From Elusimicrobiota bacterium (GTDB lineage: Bacteria; Elusimicrobiota; Elusimicrobia; UBA1565; JACRDR01), in the NCBI GenBank assembly GCA_026388115.1, contig JAPLKK010000035.1, positions 1 through 62,578 on the forward strand: DNA of 62,578 nt. Reading direction: 5' to 3'. Positions within the stretch are counted from its first letter, which is position 1. Every line of letters begins with the position of its first letter. Both the position numbers and the translations under genes were made by a program. Positions 27,532 through 36,913 of the stretch are shown here, one piece after another. Under the pieces are notes generated by a model. That model made no database searches. It worked only from the letters and a program-made list of their open reading frames with translations, and was not told the DNA's origin.

Positions 27532-28755
27532 CTACGGGATGAGCTTCCCCGGCGTCAGCGGTGACAGCACTCCGGGGTTCAGCGCTCCGCGCGGCCGCTC
27601 AACGGGCGCTTCGGGCTCGAAGGGCAGGGGCCAAGTCGCCGGCCCGATGTTGAACTGCACGGTCAGCCCCACGCTGTGCGCGCCGCGGCCCGGGCTGCGC
27701 ACCGCCGTCACTCCGTAGCCGTAGAGCAGGCCGAGCCGCCAGTTACGTTTGGCCCCGTCGAGCTGTCCCCACGCCCCTAAGCCGGAGTTGAGCGACCCGT
27801 TCTGCTCGAAGCCGGGGAGATAATCCACGACCGCCGCGACGCCCCATACGCCGAACCCGACGCGCCGCGCCCGGTCGAGAGGCGTGAGCCAGCGGGCCTC
27901 GAAATGCTCGAAGCTGCGGGCGGCGATCTCGTCTTGGATATAGCCGGGGATCGCCAGCGGGAACTCCGAGGTGAAGGGGAGCTGGCCGCCCAGCTTCCAG
28001 GCGTTGAGCCGGTCGGTGTCGGCGCTGGTGCCGAGGGTCAGGCCCGCGTAGAGGTAGCGGCCCGTAGCCGGGAAGGTGTAGGAGAAATTGGCGCGCGTCC
28101 AGAAGAGCTGCGACCTCTGGCGCAGCGTGCGATCGCCGTCGAAGCCGTACTGCTGGCCGCGGTTGCGGAACTGCCCCTCGTACCACGCCGAGAGCTCGAG
28201 CCCGCTCGCCCCCAGTTCCGGCTCGCGGCCTCCGAAGCGGATGCCGAGGCGCAGCGAGTTCTGCTGGAAGTCGAGCGGAGCCTGGAAATTCGGGTCGGTG
28301 GTGGAGCGGGACTGGAAAGCCTGCAGTGTGGTCAGCGGGCGGACGACCAGACAGAGCGGTATCCGTTGGAGCGGATTCAACACGTGATAGACCGAGAAGC
28401 CGAACGAGAAGCCGTCTCCGTTGAAGGACTCACCGCGCACGTAGGTCCCGTGCCGTATCTCGTTGTGGCCGTAGGCGAAGCCGCCGCCCGCGAGGTCGAT
28501 GCCGAGGTCCGTGCTGGGCGCGATGCGGCGCAGGCCCAACTCGCTGTCCATGTACACGGGAGCGACGACCAGCCGCAGGGTCAAGTCCTCCATGTACAGA
28601 TGGGGGCGATTGAGGTAGTAGAAGCCGTAGCCGATGGCGGGGCCGCCTTCGAGCGGCTTGTCGGCGCCGAGCTGGATGAGCTGGCGCTTTTCCGGGTCGA
28701 GCTGAGCCGTCGCGGGGGAGGCGGCCAGCGCGAGCAGCAGAAAGGCGCGGAGCAT
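27532..28755 (-). CDS. Putative outer membrane beta-barrel protein (ShlB/BamA-like barrel only)
   Basis: Signal peptide; alternating aromatic/Gly strands over the whole length. Confidence 0.65.
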   Translation of the reverse strand: MLRAFLLLALAASPATAQLDPEKRQLIQLGADKPLEGGPAIGYGFYYLNRPHLYMEDLTLRLVVAPVYMDSELGLRRIAPSTDLGIDLAGGGFAYGHNEIRHGTYVRGESFNGDGFSFGFSVYHVLNPLQRIPLCLVVRPLTTLQAFQSRSTTDPNFQAPLDFQQNSLRLGIRFGGREPELGASGLELSAWYEGQFRNRGQQYGFDGDRTLRQRSQLFWTRANFSYTFPATGRYLYAGLTLGTSADTDRLNAWKLGGQLPFTSEFPLAIPGYIQDEIAARSFEHFEARWLTPLDRARRVGFGVWGVAAVVDYLPGFEQNGSLNSGLGAWGQLDGAKRNWRLGLLYGYGVTAVRSPGRGAHSVGLTVQFNIGPATWPLPFEPEAPVERPRGALNPGVLSPLTPGKLIP

Positions 28756-28764
28756 CCATGCATT

Positions 28765-29511
28765 CTAGTATCGCTGCCAGCGCGGGTCCAGTAGGGCGAG
28801 GGTGCTGTTCTCCGTGTCGCCTTTGAACTGTATCCTCGTGACGGCGATGCCGTTAGGTCCCAAGGCGTTGGCGCGTCGGAGATACTCGTTCAAGAGCCGC
28901 GCCAGCACCGGCCGCGCCCGCTCCTTGATCTGCTCGATGACGGCGGGGCTCGAGCCCTCGGCCCAGACCGAGCCGTAGAGCCCGCGCTCGATGCCGTCCT
29001 CCAGCGCGTATCCCGACCGTGATTTGAGCCGGGCCCAGCCCACCTCGGTGGTCACGCGCTTGCCCCCGACCATCAGCTCGACCGCCTCGACGGACGGGTC
29101 GGGGAAGAGCGCGACCAGCTCGCGCCCGGCGGCGTGAAGCCGGAAATCCACCGGTCTGGGGCCGGACAGGTCGAGCGCGTAATGGATGCGCGCCGGCACC
29201 GTCATCGACACTCGCGTCGTCCCGAGGTCCACGCCGAAGAGGCTTTTCTCGCTCTCGGCGACCGCGCTCTTGTTGATCTCAAGGACCGCGACGACCAAGC
29301 GCAGGCGCTCCTTGGCTCCCGGAATGCCGCTGATGAAATCCGCGGCCCGCACGGCCGGCGGGGTCCACAAGAGGCTGCCGCGAGCGAGCCGGCTTACGAC
29401 GAAAGCGGTCAAGCCGGCCAGCGCCGCGAGCACGAGGGCCTTCGCCCACCGCGCTCCAGGCGAAGGGCGATGTTCGATCCATCGGATGCGTTCCGTTTCG
29501 AGGGTCCTCAT
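28765..29511 (-). CDS. DUF4230-like membrane-anchored protein
   Basis: N-terminal TM; 'GTTRVSMTVPARIHYALDL', 'P.PSVEAV', 'A...L..LL' pattern; GGAGG SD. Confidence 0.65.
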   Translation of the reverse strand: MRTLETERIRWIEHRPSPGARWAKALVLAALAGLTAFVVSRLARGSLLWTPPAVRAADFISGIPGAKERLRLVVAVLEINKSAVAESEKSLFGVDLGTTRVSMTVPARIHYALDLSGPRPVDFRLHAAGRELVALFPDPSVEAVELMVGGKRVTTEVGWARLKSRSGYALEDGIERGLYGSVWAEGSSPAVIEQIKERARPVLARLLNEYLRRANALGPNGIAVTRIQFKGDTENSTLALLDPRWQRY

Positions 29512-29677
29512 GGCGCACCTCCGTGTCTGTCTCTAATACGTCGGAAGGAGGCTGGATATTTCAGGCCGTTCCACGGAATTCACCCATTTGTCCCAATCGG
29601 GGTGATTCGGAAAAATTCGGTTGCTCGAGGGCGGCGGGGCTGTTAGAGTCGGGGCGAGGGAAGGGAAAGCTAGGCTG

Positions 29678-30196
29678 CTAGGGCTGTTGGGGTTCCCCGC
29701 AATCCAAGAAAGCTTCTCCCGACAACGTCCCGGACCCGTCAAGGATATACAGGTCCCCTGCCCTCGGACCCCGGAGGCCGATCTCTCCCGTCACCGTGAT
29801 GGAGCCCGCGGGCTTGCCGTCGCATGTCAGAGCTAAAGGCAGCGACAAGCGCCGGGTCTGGGAGATATAGGGTTGGCCGTAATGGTAGATGGCCTGCATG
29901 AACGAAAACGACCTTCCGCCCAGGACCCTGCCGTTGTCTCCGCTGACCTTGGCGGATCCATTGAACGTGACGTTGACGAAGACGCTGCCCTCGTCCGTCA
30001 CCATTCCCGTTCCATGCAGCCGGACCGGACCGGAGACCACGATGCGGCGCTGCGCCGCGAAAGGCTTCACCCTGAAATGCAGCGCTTTGGAGAAATCCGC
30101 GGCGACGGCGGAGCGGAAAGCCTCCGGCGTCTGCGCCGCGCAGGGAGCCGTGGCTCCGAGGGCCAGCGCGATGAGGAGCGACGAGAGGTGTCTCAT
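29678..30196 (-). CDS. Secreted hypothetical protein (beta-rich)
   Basis: Signal peptide MRHLSSLLIALALGATAPCAA. Confidence 0.7.
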   Translation of the reverse strand: MRHLSSLLIALALGATAPCAAQTPEAFRSAVAADFSKALHFRVKPFAAQRRIVVSGPVRLHGTGMVTDEGSVFVNVTFNGSAKVSGDNGRVLGGRSFSFMQAIYHYGQPYISQTRRLSLPLALTCDGKPAGSITVTGEIGLRGPRAGDLYILDGSGTLSGEAFLDCGEPQQP

Positions 30197-30214
30197 GAGG
30201 GAGTCGCCAGGCGG

Positions 30215-30844
30215 CTATTGCACCTGCTGCAGCAGCCGCTGCGCTTCGGACTGCGCCTGCCGGGAGGAATCCTCGGCGGCCGAGCTCTCCCGCTCGACGT
30301 CCCAGGCTTCCATGGAGAATCCGGCGCGGCGGATGTCCCAGCTCGCCCAATTCGCCTCGTTGCGGATCCACCCGGCCTCGGAGTTCAGCCTCTGGGCAGA
30401 GCCGACGAGGGCCCGGGCGGGCTGGACGAGGTCGGGGTCCTTCTGCTGGACCGAGCGCGCGATGCGCTGGATGTCGCGAGCCAGGTCGCCGACGACGCGG
30501 CTGAAGTCCCGCAGTTCCCACACGAGCCTCTGGATGTCGTTGCGCAGGAAGGGGTCGTTGTTCGGCTGGCCGGGGCCGCTCTGCGCGTGCTGCGCGCGTC
30601 GGCGGACGTCGGAGATGTCGCTGCGCAGGCGCCAAGCGTCCGAGGCGATGGAGTCCGCGTCGCGGGAAGCGCGGCCAATCTCCTGGGCCAGCTGCGCGTC
30701 CTTCGCCTGGACCTGCTCTGCCCGCGCTTTCAGGATGCCGTCGCGCGCGCCTGCGAGGGCGGCTTCAAAAGACGGGAGCGACTGGGCGCGGCCGGTGGCG
30801 GCCACGAAGACGAGGGCGGATGTCAGGAATAGAGAGTGACGCAT
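30215..30844 (-). CDS. Secreted helical/coiled-coil hypothetical protein
   Basis: GGAG SD; signal peptide MRHSLFLTSALVFVAATGRA; heptad pattern. Confidence 0.75.
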   Translation of the reverse strand: MRHSLFLTSALVFVAATGRAQSLPSFEAALAGARDGILKARAEQVQAKDAQLAQEIGRASRDADSIASDAWRLRSDISDVRRRAQHAQSGPGQPNNDPFLRNDIQRLVWELRDFSRVVGDLARDIQRIARSVQQKDPDLVQPARALVGSAQRLNSEAGWIRNEANWASWDIRRAGFSMEAWDVERESSAAEDSSRQAQSEAQRLLQQVQ

Positions 30845-30923
30845 CGGATCTCCGGTAAGGCTATCCATGAGAACATACCCTAAATCGCTGAGCCGGCCAG
30901 TCCCGTAAGCCCCGGCCGAAGCC

Positions 30924-31050
30924 GGGCCCTAAGACCCAGCTTGTCGTCAGCTCTTCCCGCCCGAAGTCCTCAGGCTCGCATTTGTTGGACGAGGATGGTC
31001 TCGGTAGGGAGTTAGGTCGAAGGGACCGGGAACTGTCGGCCCTAGGGCCC
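30924..31050. promoter_or_regulatory. Two copies of candidate palindromic motif GGGYCYTARGRCCC in a divergent promoter region
   Basis: GGGCCCTAAGACCC (30924-30937), CGGCCCTAGGGCCC (31037-31050); related copies at 4118, 50862 and half-sites at 330-354. Confidence 0.5.
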
Positions 31051-31132
31051 AAGACGGGATAGGCATTAAGAGGCCGGGATCCGCCCCCTTTCGGCTCAAT
31101 CGGCCGGGCGGCTATCGTGCTACCCTCGGGGC

Positions 31133-32557
31133 ATGAACTTGCGGAAGTTCTCAGCCCTTTTCGTCAGCCTCGCGATCACGACGTTCTCCGGCGGTACGCC
31201 CCTTTGGGCGCAAACCGTGCAAGCGGTGCGCGTGGCGCCTGTCGGAGCGCCTTCCGGAGCGGCCGCGGCCGCCGCGAACGTCGGGCCCTCCCTCTCGCTC
31301 TCCCCGGTCGCGAGCGTGAGCGTCGGCCTGAGCGCCATCGGGACGCCTCAGATCGTCCCGATCCACGGCTCGATCGGCACGCTGGGTCTCCTTCCTGCAA
31401 CGCAGATTCAGTCTCGCGCGGCCGCCGTCGGCAGCGAAGCCGCCCGGACCGCCGAAGCCGCCGCGACGATCGTTCCGGTCTCTCCTGCACAGCGGCTGAG
31501 TCTTTCTCCCTCTCCCGCGAAGCGGGAGAGGGCAGGGGTGAGGGCAGATAGCCGTTCCCTCGCGTCTTTCGTCACCGCCGCCGCCCTTTCCGCGAAAGTC
31601 TCGACGCCCAAGGCCGGCGCCTCGGTCAACGGCGAGCTTTCCGCCTTCTACGACGGCAGCGCGGTCCTTCGCGGAAACGTCGAAGCGGTCGGCACCGGCC
31701 AAGCCTCGCGGCTGACGCCGCAGAAGCTGTCCCGCGCCTCTTTGCGCTCCGAAGAGCGGACCGCCGCCGAGACGCCGCCCGCGCCGCGTTCGAGCTTCAG
31801 CCGCACGTTCAAGGTGGGCGCCGTCGGCGCCGCGCTGATGCTGTTCGTCAGCGAGGTCATCCCCGAAGCCGCCGCCGCTTTCTTTAAATACGCGCCGCAC
31901 CCCAACTATCAGGCGCCGGGCATGGAGGTCCAATCCGTCTTCGGGGCTATCGCGCTGATGACCGTGCTCTCGATCCTGGCTCCCATCAGCGAGGAGGCGA
32001 TCTTCCGCGGCGGGCTCATGCGCTGGCTTCGGGCGAAGACCGGCAGGTTCGCGGGAGAGATCGGCAGCTTCTGGATCCCCGCGCTGGTGAGCTCCGTCGT
32101 CTTCACGCTCCTGCATGAGACGGCCGACCCTGTGCTCATCGCCGCGCGCGTGCTCGGAGCCCTGGTGCTGGCCCGCGTCTACTACAAAGAGGGCGTCCTG
32201 GCCTCGATGGTGACGCACGGCGTCTTCAACGGCATCCTCGGCCTCGCGCTCATCGCCGGAGCCTTCCATCTGCCCATGGCGGGAGCCATCGGCCTTGGCG
32301 CGAGCGCGGTGAGCACCTTGATCTGGGCGGTGCGGAGCTTGTGGAAAGAGCGCGCCGCGCGCGCCTCCGGCGCGGTCGTCCCCGTCGGCATGACTCCCGC
32401 CATCGCGCGAACGCTCGCGACCGTCCTCTTCGTCGGCACCGCGCTGGTCGCCATGTGGGGAGGGCTCTCGCTGGCCGTGGGCGGCGGCATCATTTGGATC
32501 CCCGCCGCCTTTGGGCTGCGCTACTGGGCGCGCAAGCGCGAAGAAGCCGCCGGCTGA
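31133..32557 (+). CDS. CPBP (Abi/CAAX) family intramembrane metalloprotease with long Ala/Ser/Pro-rich N-terminal extension
   Basis: 'APISEEAIFRG', 'FTLLHE', 'TH..FN' motifs; multiple TM helices. Confidence 0.9.
   Translation: MNLRKFSALFVSLAITTFSGGTPLWAQTVQAVRVAPVGAPSGAAAAAANVGPSLSLSPVASVSVGLSAIGTPQIVPIHGSIGTLGLLPATQIQSRAAAVGSEAARTAEAAATIVPVSPAQRLSLSPSPAKRERAGVRADSRSLASFVTAAALSAKVSTPKAGASVNGELSAFYDGSAVLRGNVEAVGTGQASRLTPQKLSRASLRSEERTAAETPPAPRSSFSRTFKVGAVGAALMLFVSEVIPEAAAAFFKYAPHPNYQAPGMEVQSVFGAIALMTVLSILAPISEEAIFRGGLMRWLRAKTGRFAGEIGSFWIPALVSSVVFTLLHETADPVLIAARVLGALVLARVYYKEGVLASMVTHGVFNGILGLALIAGAFHLPMAGAIGLGASAVSTLIWAVRSLWKERAARASGAVVPVGMTPAIARTLATVLFVGTALVAMWGGLSLAVGGGIIWIPAAFGLRYWARKREEAAG
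31504..31546. repeat. REP-like element type A inside CDS
   Basis: 42/43 nt identical to the reverse complement of 60165-60207; translated as SPSPAKRERAGVRA. Confidence 0.9.
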
Positions 32558-32635
32558 ACCGGGCTAGGCACGGGGGCCCCCATAGGCCGGTGCTGCGCAC
32601 CGGCCCAATCCCCGTGCACAGCCGCAAGGAGCCGG

Positions 32636-33214
32636 CTAGTACTTTCGAAGCAGCCCGACGACTTTGCCGATCACCTGGAACCCGGCGGCGATCGGCGGGT
32701 AATCCGGGTGGGCCGACTCCAGCTGCCAGCCGCTGGCACGGCGCTTCAGGCGCTTGACCAACCCGTCATTTTCGACGAGCGCCACGACCAGTTCCCCGTC
32801 GCGGGCCTCGGCTTGGCGCCGCACCTGCACGAGGTCGCCCTCCATGATCCCGGCCCCGGTCATGCTCTCGCCGCGCACGCGCAAGAGGTACTGCGCGCCG
32901 TGCGCCACGTCCTTGCCGACGGCGAGCACGCCCTCGACGTCCTCCTCGGCGATGACGGAGCTTCCGGCCCCGACGCGGCCGACGATCGGCAGGCGATACG
33001 GCGACTCGACGGGAAGCGCCGCGCGGCTCGAGCGCTCCTGGCGCGTGAGGAGGCCGAGGCTCTCCAGCGCCTGCAGGTGATAGCTGACCGACCCGGTGGA
33101 CGAGATGCCGCAATGAGCGCCGATCTCCCGAAGGGTGGGAGGGAAGCCGCGGTCCTCCACCGACCCTGCGATGTAATCGAGTATGCGGCGCTGAAGAGCG
33201 GTGGGCTCGGGCAT
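32636..33214 (-). CDS. lexA: SOS repressor LexA
   Basis: 'GFPPTLREI', cleavage site 'VGAG', Ser 'GESM', Lys 'LVKR'. Confidence 0.97.
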   Translation of the reverse strand: MPEPTALQRRILDYIAGSVEDRGFPPTLREIGAHCGISSTGSVSYHLQALESLGLLTRQERSSRAALPVESPYRLPIVGRVGAGSSVIAEEDVEGVLAVGKDVAHGAQYLLRVRGESMTGAGIMEGDLVQVRRQAEARDGELVVALVENDGLVKRLKRRASGWQLESAHPDYPPIAAGFQVIGKVVGLLRKY

Positions 33215-33227
33215 GCGCCATATTCTA

Positions 33228-33243
33228 CTGAACGCAAGTTCAG
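33228..33243. promoter_or_regulatory. Putative LexA operator (GAAC-N4-GTTC type)
   Basis: CTGAAC-GCAA-GTTCAG directly upstream of the lexA -10 hexamer TAGAAT (33227-33222). Confidence 0.75.
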
Positions 33244-34325
33244 TCAGTCAAGTGGAGGACGCGCGAATACTCGCGGCGGTATATCCCCGCCAGCGAGAGC
33301 GCCAAGGCGACCAGCACCGGGCCGATCAGCAGGCCCGCGAAGCCGTAGAGCCGCATGCCGCCCAGGATGGCCAGCAGGAGCAGCCATAGCGGCAGCTTGG
33401 CGCGCAAGCTGATCACGAACGGTTTCAGCACCTGCTCGGCGCCGCTGACGACGATCAGGCTCCATAGCCCGACCCCCCAGGCCTGCGTGGTTGCTCCCGC
33501 GAGCGCGAGGCAGACCGTGATCGGGCCCAGGATGACGCCGACGCCGATGACGGGGATGGGCGCCGCCAGGGCGGTGAGCGCGGCGAGGAGCACCGGGAAA
33601 GGGACGTGGAAAAGCGCGAGGCCGATGCCGGCCAGGAAGCCCTGCAGGGCCGCGACCCCGAGGACCGCGCGCATCACCCCGATCACCGTGTCCTCCACGC
33701 GGGCGCGGAGCGTCTCTTTGTCCTGGGGCGGCAGCGGCACGAGATGGAACAGGGCCCGGATGCCGGCCGGCCCGTCGCGGAGGAAGAAGAACAGCGAGAT
33801 GCCCAGGACGGCGAGATCGACGAGCAAGAGGAGCAGGTTGCGCACGACGGCGGCGGCGACGCCGGTCAGGTGCGTGCCGAGCGCCTCGAGGTCGCCCAGC
33901 AGGATCTGCGCCGGATCGATCTTCCATGCCGACAGCCACGGGTTGGCCGCCTCGAGCCAGGAGTCCAGGCGCCCGCGCGAGCCGGCTCCAAGGCTGTCCC
34001 ACCACTGCCGCGCGGTCGGGGCGACGAGCGGGGCTTCGTGGAACAGCACCCACGCGAGGCCGCAGAGGGGAAGCACGACGATGAGGAGCGTCCCCGCCGC
34101 GGTCGCCGCGGCGACCGCGGAAGGCCGCTGGGGCCAGCGCCGCAGGACCCGCCTGTGCACCGGATAGATGCCCATCGCCAGGATGCCCGCCGCCATAAGC
34201 GGCAGATAGAACGCCGCCAGCATGCGCCCGGTGCTGTAGAGCAGGAAGAAGAGCACCCCGAAGAAGAACCACCTCAGCGGCCGCTGGCGGTAGTACAGGA
34301 GGTTTGCGCGCAATTGCTCGCGCAT
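33240..34325 (-). CDS. AI-2E (PerM) family transporter
   Basis: Multi-TM; 'FFLRDG', 'IPVIG', 'LAILGGMRLYGFAGLLIGP'. Confidence 0.9.
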   Translation of the reverse strand: MREQLRANLLYYRQRPLRWFFFGVLFFLLYSTGRMLAAFYLPLMAAGILAMGIYPVHRRVLRRWPQRPSAVAAATAAGTLLIVVLPLCGLAWVLFHEAPLVAPTARQWWDSLGAGSRGRLDSWLEAANPWLSAWKIDPAQILLGDLEALGTHLTGVAAAVVRNLLLLLVDLAVLGISLFFFLRDGPAGIRALFHLVPLPPQDKETLRARVEDTVIGVMRAVLGVAALQGFLAGIGLALFHVPFPVLLAALTALAAPIPVIGVGVILGPITVCLALAGATTQAWGVGLWSLIVVSGAEQVLKPFVISLRAKLPLWLLLLAILGGMRLYGFAGLLIGPVLVALALSLAGIYRREYSRVLHLTD

Positions 34326-34408
34326 ACACGCAAAATAGCATTTGTTAGGGGTCGCCCTTGCGCGCGGTCACGGCAGGCGGTATAGTTCTCGCGCACGCGG
34401 GAGGGAAC

Positions 34409-35215
34409 GTGGAAGAGGCGATCGAGAGTCCGAGAGAGCCGCGAGCGCTGCCCCGGCTTCTGGCCGACAGTTTCGAGTCCTTCATCGGCACCTTGCCGGT
34501 GAGCGCGGTGGTGTGGACGGTGTCGCTGGTCCCGTCCTTCGTCGCGATGTTCATGCTCACCGGGATGCTCGGCGGGCCGCCGGACCGGGAGCATCTGCGC
34601 GCGGCCGTCATGGCCGGCAACTACGCGCCGACCGTCTTGCTGCTGGGCGCGGGGCTGTTCCAGGCCGCGCTCAACGTGCTGGCCCTCGGCGCCGTCGTGC
34701 TGGCCATCGACGCCTTCCAGCGGCGGACGCCTTTGAGCTTGGGCGACGCGCTCGGCGCCTCGGCCGGCGTGTGGTTCTCGCTCGTCTGGACGCAGCTGTT
34801 GGCGGGCTTCTGGGTCCTGCTCGGGTTGATCTGCCTCATCGTGCCCGGAATCTTGATGGCCCTGCGCTACGCCCTGGTCCACGTGTCCGTCATCCTCGAA
34901 GGAAGAACGGGCAACGCGGCGTTGGCGCGATCCAAGGAGCTGATGCTCCGGCACATGGGCCGCATCCTCGGCTCGCTGCTCGTCGTGGTGGTGGTCGCGG
35001 TCATCATGACGGGCTTCGCCTACCTCGTGATGAAGGTCGCCACGTTCCCGCTGCCGGCGACTCCGCAGGCCGACGTGGTCCGGCAGTATCTGCTGAGCCT
35101 GCCGGGCAAGATCATCGGGACATGGCCGATCGCGGCGACGGTGCTGCTGTTCAGGGACGTGGCCGCCGAGCATTCCGCGCCGGCGCCCGAGCCCGGCGCT
35201 CCCGCCGCTATTTAG
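34409..35215 (+). CDS. Integral membrane protein (GDPD membrane-anchor-like)
   Basis: GGAGG SD + GTG; 'LIVPGI..A.RY','ALARSKEL.....GRI' pattern. Confidence 0.7.
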   Translation: MEEAIESPREPRALPRLLADSFESFIGTLPVSAVVWTVSLVPSFVAMFMLTGMLGGPPDREHLRAAVMAGNYAPTVLLLGAGLFQAALNVLALGAVVLAIDAFQRRTPLSLGDALGASAGVWFSLVWTQLLAGFWVLLGLICLIVPGILMALRYALVHVSVILEGRTGNAALARSKELMLRHMGRILGSLLVVVVVAVIMTGFAYLVMKVATFPLPATPQADVVRQYLLSLPGKIIGTWPIAATVLLFRDVAAEHSAPAPEPGAPAAI

Positions 35216-35654
35216 CCGGCGTAATCTCGACGGTGCCGGCGTTCTCCTCCGCGGGCTGGTCCGATGATGCCTCGGAGGATTCCGAACTCCCCGGTTCCGG
35301 GGTGATGTGCTTCGCAGGCGCGGTATTGATCGCGTTGAACCAGTCGAAGGCCTTCAAATAGAGCCAGAAGGCGACTGCGACGACCGCCGCCGTGCGGATG
35401 AGAAAGCTTTTCGACACCTTCCAGACGACGATAAGGCCAATCAGCGGCGCGGCCAGCTTCAGGGCTCGAGGAAGCTGCTCCGGCTGCCCCAGCGGCGCCC
35501 CGGAGGGCGCCCCGGAGGACGCGGCGGAAGGCGCCGCCTCCTGGGAAGCGACGGCCTTGGCGCGCGAGCGGAACTGGGCCGGGACTTGGCTCCAATCGGC
35601 GACCGCATGGGCCGTCCCGGCCTCGTCGGTATAGACGTAGAGGGTGCGGGCCAT
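35208..35654 (-). CDS. Hypothetical membrane protein with DUF4124-like N-terminus
   Basis: 'LYVYTDEAG..H.....VP' then two TM segments. Confidence 0.6.
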   Translation of the reverse strand: MARTLYVYTDEAGTAHAVADWSQVPAQFRSRAKAVASQEAAPSAASSGAPSGAPLGQPEQLPRALKLAAPLIGLIVVWKVSKSFLIRTAAVVAVAFWLYLKAFDWFNAINTAPAKHITPEPGSSESSEASSDQPAEENAGTVEITPAK

Positions 35655-35794
35655 CAGGCTTGCCGGCGCAGGCGGTCGTTGCGGTCCACGCCGACAGCTT
35701 AGTTTAAGCGGACGGTTCGTTCAACCGCAAGGGCATCGGACGAAGGAGGTAAGGAAAGCCTCCACGGGCGGGAAAGCGGTACAATGGGCCGGCA

Positions 35795-36415
35795 ATGCTG
35801 CCGCAGCATTGGTTCGATCGCTTGGAGCGCCGCCTGCACTGGCTCGCCGTCCCGGGGCTGGCTTCCTTCCTTGTCGGCATGAACGCGATCGTCTGGGTGA
35901 TGACGCTGCTCCGCCCCGCCTTTCCCCGCCTCTTGGTGCTCGCCCCGTTGGCGGTGAGGCACGGCCAGTGGTGGCGCGTGCTCACCTTCCTCTTCGTGCC
36001 CCCGAGCACCGGCCCCATTTGGACGATCTTCTGGCTCATCCTCCTCTATACCTTCGCGGCGGCCTTGGAGAACGAATGGGGGGATTTCCGCTTCAACCTC
36101 TATTACGGCATCGGCGTCATCGCGACCGCGGCCGCATCGCTCGTCTCCGGCTGCTCGTTGTCCAATATGACGCTCAACACATCGCTCTTCCTCGCCTTCG
36201 CCGCCCTCTATCCCGATTTCGAGATCCTCGTCTTCTTCGTCCTGCCGATGAAAGTGCGCTGGCTCGCTTGGCTGACGGCGGCCGGCCTGGCCTGGAGTTT
36301 CCTGTGGTCGGGCTGGCCCGCTCGCTGGGAGGTCGCGGCAGGCATAGCGAACTACCTGCTTTTTTTCGGCGGCGACCATTGGCGCTCCCTGCGCTCGAGG
36401 CTGCGTGCCCGATAA
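35795..36415 (+). CDS. Rhomboid-like integral membrane protein
   Basis: 'GQWWR..TFLF.PP', 'G..LE..WG.FRFNLY', 'FA.LYPD......FV.P.K..WLA'; TACAAT upstream. Confidence 0.75.
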   Translation: MLPQHWFDRLERRLHWLAVPGLASFLVGMNAIVWVMTLLRPAFPRLLVLAPLAVRHGQWWRVLTFLFVPPSTGPIWTIFWLILLYTFAAALENEWGDFRFNLYYGIGVIATAAASLVSGCSLSNMTLNTSLFLAFAALYPDFEILVFFVLPMKVRWLAWLTAAGLAWSFLWSGWPARWEVAAGIANYLLFFGGDHWRSLRSRLRAR

Positions 36416-36740
36416 GGTCGTGTACTCTTCGGACCCGCGGTTTTGCGCCGCCTGCGGGCGTTCGCCTTGCGTCTGCGCCGACCGCACCAAGCGCCCCAAG
36501 CAGCCGGAGCCCGTGCGCGTCTCCTTCGCGCGCAACGCGAAAGGCAGCGGGGTGACGCGCATCGAACGGCTCATCATGCATCCGCGCCTCAAGGAGGAGC
36601 TGCTCTCGAAGCTCAAGCGCCGCTTGGGCTGCGGCGGGACCGTGTCCGATGGGACCCTCGAGCTGCAGGGCGACCACCGCGATTTCGTCGAAGGCGAGCT
36701 GGAGAAAGAAGGCTACCGCGTCCGCCGCGTCGGCGGCTAG
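36405..36740 (+). CDS. yciH: Translation initiation factor SUI1/YciH family protein
   Basis: 'KG.GVT.I', 'LKRRLGCGGTV', 'ELQGDHR'. Confidence 0.9.
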   Translation: MPDKVVYSSDPRFCAACGRSPCVCADRTKRPKQPEPVRVSFARNAKGSGVTRIERLIMHPRLKEELLSKLKRRLGCGGTVSDGTLELQGDHRDFVEGELEKEGYRVRRVGG

Positions 36741-36793
36741 CTCTTCCAGGGAACCTTTTCCCTTCCTCATTCGTACTTGTAGGAGGGGGTTCC

Positions 36794-36913
36794 ATGCCGA
36801 CAATCGAAAGGCGGCGGCCGCGCTTCGTGCGACGCTGCGTCTGCAGGCCGGGCGGCGAGCGCCCGGCGCTCTTGGTTATCAGAGGTGGAAGCGAAGCACA
36901 CGCCCAGGCATGA
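36794..36913 (+). CDS. Putative small protein (39 aa)
   Basis: AGGAGG SD before ATG; MPTIERRRPRFVRRCVCRPGGERPALLVIRGGSEAHAQA. Confidence 0.4.
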   Translation: MPTIERRRPRFVRRCVCRPGGERPALLVIRGGSEAHAQA

